This document shows positions 59,731-64,000 of a DNA stretch of 64,000 nucleotides, one piece after another. A program made the position numbers and the translations under genes. The notes under the pieces were generated by a model that did no database searches, was not told where the DNA came from, and worked only from the letters and a program-made list of their open reading frames with translations. The stretch is from Candidatus Pseudoscillospira falkowii (GTDB taxonomy: Bacteria; Bacillota; Clostridia; Oscillospirales; Oscillospiraceae), in assembly GCA_904374485.1 (NCBI GenBank), contig CAJFFX010000001.1, positions 7,333 through 71,332 of the forward strand. The letters are read 5' to 3'. Numbering within the stretch: position 1 is the first letter of the stretch; each line of letters opens with the position of its first letter.

Positions 59731-59738
59731 ATGAGAAT

Positions 59739-60370
59739 ACTAAACAGCGGCGCAGTATCCTAGTCAGTTCAGTCGTTTACCAGGAAGGGCCTAAAAATCC
59801 TTTGAAGGGCATATCGATGAAGTCCCTGGTGTTTGCTTCTTACGCCCAGTTTGGGGTGGATGCTGGGGGTTAAGATTTGCGGGCGACTTGCAATGGCATG
59901 CAAACTCGACCCGCTTATCGTGGAGACCTGTTCTTGTGATGAGCCAAGATTTTCCCGGAACGGGCTTGTGACTCGTTACGAAACAGGGTGAAACCTGCAA
60001 TGTGGTGTGCAAGGGACATGCGTCCCCTATTGCTATGTGCAGAGTAGCCTGCCTTGAGTGGGTATGGCGGATGTGGGAACTACGCATCGGATCCCCGGCC
60101 AGGGACCCGATGCGATCGCCTGCTGAAACCATAACTGCAAAAGAGGCTAAGAAACAGACTGTCTGCCGTGGAAAACACCTAGGCTGTCGTTTTCGTGGGC
60201 ACCTGAAGGATTGCAGTGCGGACTAAGTGGCAGTCGGGTCGCAATGGCGGCAACGCCTTGCCGCGGAGCATAAAGGGAAACCGCCAAGCGGAAACGCGCG
60301 GTGCTCCGTGGGGAAATCCTACCCGTACCTAAGCCGTAAGATTTACTTCAGGTGCTGCCGTCTGTTTAGT
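59739..60370 (+). ncRNA. ole: OLE RNA (ornate, large, extremophilic), ~630 nt
   Basis: 5' ACTAAACAG-CGGC-GCA pairs with 3' TGC-t-GCCG-t-CTGTTTAGT; several internal hairpins and GNRA loops; blocks recalled as OLE-conserved (CTAGTCAG, CTAAAAATCC, ATCGATGAAGT.CCTGGTG, AGAGTAGCCTGCCTTGAGTG, GGACTAAGTGG, AAAGGGAAACCGCC); canonical ispA-ole-oapA-dxs-tlyA-nadK synteny. Confidence 0.9.
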
Positions 60371-60421
60371 TTTCTTATGAAATCCTGCGATGTTCTTTTC
60401 GTGGATCGAGGAGGCTTCCCG

Positions 60422-60997
60422 GTGGAAAACCAGAAAAAAGCCCGGGCGAAAAAAGCGCCCGGCAGTGAAAAGGGCCAGAAAAAGCGGGACTATTGGGTCC
60501 CGAAGATCTTTTTCATGTCCATCGTCATCTCCGCCGTGTTCAGTCTCGTTTCTTCCAACGTGCTCGAGGGCGCGGGCTATATCGTCGCGTTTTTGCTGCT
60601 GATGGCCTTTATCCTCATCGGCATTCTGTTTGACGTTGTCGGCGTTTCCGTGACGGTGGCGGACGAGCGCCCGTTCCACTCCATGGCGGCGCACCGGGAA
60701 AAGAGCGCCTCCTGCGCGCTGCGGCTGATCCGCAACGCCGAAAAGGTCAGCAGCGTCTGCAACGATGTGGTAGGCGATATCTCCGGCATCGTCAGCGGCT
60801 CGACGGCCGCGGTCATCGTTACGCGGTTGTGCGCCTCTTTTGATTTGGATTCCGTGCTGATGTCCCTGGTGATCTCGGCCCTGGTATCCGGGCTGACCAT
60901 CGGCGGCAAAGCCATCGGAAAGAAGATCGCCATCAACAACAGTACCCAGGTCGTTCACACCGTTTCGCGCGTTATCTATATGGTGCGCCGCAAGTGA
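60422..60997 (+). CDS. oapA: OLE-associated membrane protein A (DUF21/CNNM-like)
   Basis: 191 aa from GTG 60422 with GAGGAGG RBS; ~4 hydrophobic segments; GILFDVVG, PFHSMAA, CNDVVGDISGIVSG, LTIGGKAIGK; directly downstream of ole. Confidence 0.87.
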   Translation: MENQKKARAKKAPGSEKGQKKRDYWVPKIFFMSIVISAVFSLVSSNVLEGAGYIVAFLLLMAFILIGILFDVVGVSVTVADERPFHSMAAHREKSASCALRLIRNAEKVSSVCNDVVGDISGIVSGSTAAVIVTRLCASFDLDSVLMSLVISALVSGLTIGGKAIGKKIAINNSTQVVHTVSRVIYMVRRK

Positions 60998-61047
60998 GAG
61001 GACGCGCCCTCCGGAACAGGCGAAGGGCCATCGGATGGAGCAGATAC

Positions 61048-62910
61048 ATGCAGTACGATATTTTAGATCAAATCACATCCCCGGATGACGTCAAAAAGCT
61101 GTCAGCAGATCAATGCAGGCAGCTTTGCGCGCAGTTGCGGGCTTTTTTGGTGGATTCCGTATCCAAAACCGGCGGCCATCTCGCGTCGAACCTCGGCGCG
61201 GTGGAGCTGTCCGTGGCCATCCACCGCGTGTTCGACACAGCCGTGGACCGGCTGGTTTTCGACGTGGGGCACCAGTGTTATGTACACAAGGCCCTGACGG
61301 GGCGCGCCGCGCTGTTTTCCACCCTGCGGACCTTCGGCGGCCTTTCCGGCTTTCCGAAGCCCTACGAAAGCATCCACGATGCATTCATCGCGGGCCACGC
61401 ATCCAATTCCGTTTCCGTCGCCTTGGGCATGGCCCGGGCGCGCACGCTGAAAAAGGAGAATTACCAGGTGCTGGCCGTCATCGGCGACGGCGCCCTGACC
61501 GGCGGCCTGGCCTATGAGGGCCTGAACAACGCCGGCGCCTCCGGCGAACCGCTGATCATCATCCTCAACGACAACGGCATGTCCATCGGGCGGAATGTGG
61601 GCGGCGTCGCCAGCCATCTTTCCCATATCCGCATCCGGCCCGGATATTACCGGTTCAAAAAGAATTATCACCGCGTGATGCGCCATTTCCCCGGGGTGTA
61701 CGATCATATCCACCACCTGAAAACGAACCTGAAAAAGGCCATCTGGCCCTGCAGTTTTTTTGAAGACATGGGCTTTCAGTATCTGGGCCCGGTGGACGGG
61801 CACGATCTGGATCAGCTCTGCCACGTTCTCAGCTGGGCCAGGGAGCTCCATGCGCCTGTCGTCGTGCATGTCAACACCGTGAAAGGGAAGGGGTATTCCT
61901 TCGCCGAGGAGAATCCGGACAAGTTCCACGGCATCTCCGCCTTTGACCCGCAGACCGGGCTGACCCTCCGCGGCGGGGGCGAATCCTTCAGTTCCGTCTG
62001 CGGAAAAACCCTGTCGGACCTGGCCGGCCACGACCCGCGGATCTGCACCATCACCGCGGCAATGGAATCCGGCACCGGCCTCGACAGCTTTGCCCAAGCG
62101 CACCCCGAGCGCTTTTTCGACGTCGGCATCGCAGAAGGCCACGCCGTGGCCATGGCGGCCGGCATGGCGGCCCAGGGCATGATCCCGGTCTTTGCAGTCT
62201 ACTCCAGTTTCCTGCAGCGGGGATTTGATATGCTGATCCATGACGTCGCCCTGATGCAGCTGCATGTGGTGTTCGCAGTGGACCGGGCGGGCCTTGTGGG
62301 CGAAGACGGCGAAACCCATCACGGCGTTTTCGATGTGGGGTACCTGTCGCTGGTCCCCGGCATGAAGATCTACTGCCCGGCGAGCTTCGCGGAGATGCGG
62401 AGCATGATGGAGCACGCGGCGCTGGAGGAGGCCGGCCCTGTGGCCGTACGCTATCCCCGCGGCGGCGAAGGCGCCTACAAGGGGCTCTCCCGCGGCCTTT
62501 CCGCCTGTCTGCGTCCGGGAAAGGATTTCACCCTCGTCGCTTACGGCACGATGCTCAACGAGGCGCTGGCCGCGGCGGAGCTGCTGGAAGGGAAGGGCAT
62601 TTCCGCAGAAATCATAAAGCTGAACGCCATCGCGCCGCTGGACTGCGGCGCCGTGGCGTCGTCGTGCGGGAAAACAGGCCGCCTTCTGGTGCTGGAGGAC
62701 TGCATGGAAGACGGCTGCGTGGGCGAAAAGCTCGCCGCGGCGCTGGCGGAGCAGGGCCTGTCCCTGCGCAGCCTGATCCTGAAGAATCTCGGGCGCACGT
62801 TCACGAATCAGGGCAGCGTCCCCCTGCTGCGCAAAAGCAGGGGGCTGGACGCGGAAAGCGTCGCGGCGGCAGTGGAGGAGGCGATGAAGCATGGCAAAGA
62901 AACGGCTTGA
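61048..62910 (+). CDS. dxs: 1-deoxy-D-xylulose-5-phosphate synthase
   Basis: GGHLASNLG, FDVGHQCYVHK, GDGALTGG...NDNGMSI, DVGIAEGHA, DRAGLVGEDGETHHG, RYPRG. Confidence 0.98.
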   Translation: MQYDILDQITSPDDVKKLSADQCRQLCAQLRAFLVDSVSKTGGHLASNLGAVELSVAIHRVFDTAVDRLVFDVGHQCYVHKALTGRAALFSTLRTFGGLSGFPKPYESIHDAFIAGHASNSVSVALGMARARTLKKENYQVLAVIGDGALTGGLAYEGLNNAGASGEPLIIILNDNGMSIGRNVGGVASHLSHIRIRPGYYRFKKNYHRVMRHFPGVYDHIHHLKTNLKKAIWPCSFFEDMGFQYLGPVDGHDLDQLCHVLSWARELHAPVVVHVNTVKGKGYSFAEENPDKFHGISAFDPQTGLTLRGGGESFSSVCGKTLSDLAGHDPRICTITAAMESGTGLDSFAQAHPERFFDVGIAEGHAVAMAAGMAAQGMIPVFAVYSSFLQRGFDMLIHDVALMQLHVVFAVDRAGLVGEDGETHHGVFDVGYLSLVPGMKIYCPASFAEMRSMMEHAALEEAGPVAVRYPRGGEGAYKGLSRGLSACLRPGKDFTLVAYGTMLNEALAAAELLEGKGISAEIIKLNAIAPLDCGAVASSCGKTGRLLVLEDCMEDGCVGEKLAAALAEQGLSLRSLILKNLGRTFTNQGSVPLLRKSRGLDAESVAAAVEEAMKHGKETA

Positions 62911-63691
62911 TATCGTAGTCTTTGAGCGCGGCCTGGCGGAAAGCCGCCAAAAAGCCCAGGCGCTGATCATGGCCGGCGAAGTCTTTTCCGGAGACCGGAA
63001 GCTGGACAAGGCCGGCATGGCGGTCAGCGAGGACATCCCGCTGGAAGTGCGCGGAAACAGCCTGCGCTATGTGGGCCGGGGCGGGCTGAAGCTGGAAAAG
63101 GCCATCAATGCCTTTTCCCTGGATCTCTCCGGCAGGATCGCCGCAGATATCGGCGCCTCCACCGGCGGCTTTACCGACTGCATGCTGCAGAACGGCGCAT
63201 CGAAGGTATACGCTGTCGATGTGGGCTACGGTGAGTTGGCCTGGAAGCTGCGCAGCGACGAGCGGGTGGTGGTCCTGGAACGCACGAATGCCCGCTATCT
63301 TGACCATACTCAGATCCCGGATGAACTGGATTTCGCCTCCATCGACGTGTCCTTCATTTCGCTGAAGCTGATTTTCCCCGCCGTTCACGCTCTTTTGAAA
63401 GAGAACGGCCAGGTCGTCAGTCTGATCAAACCCCAGTTCGAGGCCGGCCGAGAACTGGTGGGGAAGAAAGGCATCGTGCGCGATCCCCATGTCCACAAGA
63501 TGGTGCTGGAGCAGTATCTGGAAAACGCGGAAAACGCCGGTTTTTCCGTTCTGGATCTCACATATTCCCCCATCACCGGCCAGGAGGGAAACATCGAATA
63601 CCTCGGCTTTCTGGAAAAAGGCGCCGGCCGCAGCCGGGAGATCGATCTGCAGGCAGTCATCGACGAATCCCACGCGGCATTGAAGGGGTAA
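62891..63691 (+). CDS. tlyA: TlyA-family rRNA 2'-O-methyltransferase
   Basis: S4 domain KKRLD, YVGRGGLKL, DIGASTGGFTD, DVSFISL, KPQFE, GNIEYL. Confidence 0.96.
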   Translation: MAKKRLDIVVFERGLAESRQKAQALIMAGEVFSGDRKLDKAGMAVSEDIPLEVRGNSLRYVGRGGLKLEKAINAFSLDLSGRIAADIGASTGGFTDCMLQNGASKVYAVDVGYGELAWKLRSDERVVVLERTNARYLDHTQIPDELDFASIDVSFISLKLIFPAVHALLKENGQVVSLIKPQFEAGRELVGKKGIVRDPHVHKMVLEQYLENAENAGFSVLDLTYSPITGQEGNIEYLGFLEKGAGRSREIDLQAVIDESHAALKG

Positions 63692-63695
63692 CGTT

Positions 63696-64000
63696 ATGAA
63701 AAAAGTGGTTTTGTGCCCGAATCCCTATCGGGACCGTCAATTGGCGACAACCAAAAATGTCTGCCGCATTCTGGATGATCTGGGGATCGAAGCGGCGATC
63801 ACGCTGCCGTTCCATCCCGACCTGTCCGAGATGCCGAAGGAACTGACCTATCAGCCGCTCAAAGCGGCGCTCAAAGGCGCAGACCTGATGATCGCCTTCG
63901 GCGGCGACGGCAGCATCCTGCATCTGGCAAAGACGGCGGCGATGCACCGCATTCCGATCCTGGGCATCAACCTTGGGAATCTGGGCTATATCGCGGAATT
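63696..64000 (+). CDS. nadK: NAD kinase (3' partial; absent from the ORF track)
   Basis: Manual translation from ATG 63696: MKKVVLCPNP...MIAFGGDGSILH...PILGINLGNLGYIAE; runs off the window end. Confidence 0.93.
   Translation, partial: MKKVVLCPNPYRDRQLATTKNVCRILDDLGIEAAITLPFHPDLSEMPKELTYQPLKAALKGADLMIAFGGDGSILHLAKTAAMHRIPILGINLGNLGYIAE

Noticed and set aside
59791-60226. Short ORFs 59791..60132 (-) and 60002..60226 (+)
   Set aside because: No RBS, no motifs and no codon bias; both lie inside the structured RNA.
59739-60370. Alternative identity as a group I/II intron, tmRNA, RNase P RNA or riboswitch
   Set aside because: No interrupted gene, no GUGCG 5' end or domain V, no tRNA-like ends or tag peptide, no RNase P signature; size, sequence blocks and synteny fit OLE.
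60227-60421. 65-codon N-terminal extension of oapA in the ORF track
   Set aside because: It overlaps the structured RNA 3' end, has no RBS and has atypical composition; a strong RBS supports GTG 60422.
1-64000. Mobile elements, prophage, defence systems, tRNA/rRNA, CRISPR arrays
   Set aside because: No integrase, transposase, phage or cas genes, no tRNA/rRNA signatures and no extended low-GC island seen.

Overview
This is 64 kb of core chromosome from a high-GC, spore-forming anaerobic Firmicute. Gene content and order fit Clostridia, probably Oscillospiraceae-like (inference). About 70 tightly packed genes lie almost all on the + strand: rluB-rpiR-cmk-plsC-ispH/S1 fusion; carD-ispD-ispF; cdaA-cdaR; yicC-remA-gmk-rpoZ-priA-def-fmt-rsmB-rlmN-stp-prkC-rsgA; ECF-truA; a ClpE-like ATPase; hprK-glcK-murB-rapZ-yvcK-whiA-dnaE; the complete spoIIIAA-AH operon; and nusB-xseAB-ispA-dxs-tlyA-nadK. 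I saw no mobile element, CRISPR array, tRNA or rRNA. The outstanding feature is a ~630-nt structured non-coding RNA at about 59739-60370, missed by the ORF track. It has its own promoter and a long end-to-end closing stem, and is followed by a DUF21-like membrane protein gene. This matches an OLE (ornate, large, extremophilic) RNA plus oapA in the canonical ispA-ole-oapA-dxs-tlyA-nadK context. OLE is a known class whose function is unresolved. Other notable observations: a probable internal promoter and RBS that could make free S1 from inside the ispH-rpsA fusion; a 30-Cys CsxA-like exosporium gene with a sigma-K-like promoter; a sigma-E promoter inside spoIIIAF; a divergent TsaD/Kae1 paralogue; and a DUF5685 + J-domain/TPR module with isoprenoid-synthase-like Asp motifs. 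All family assignments come from motif recognition and memory; no database search was run.
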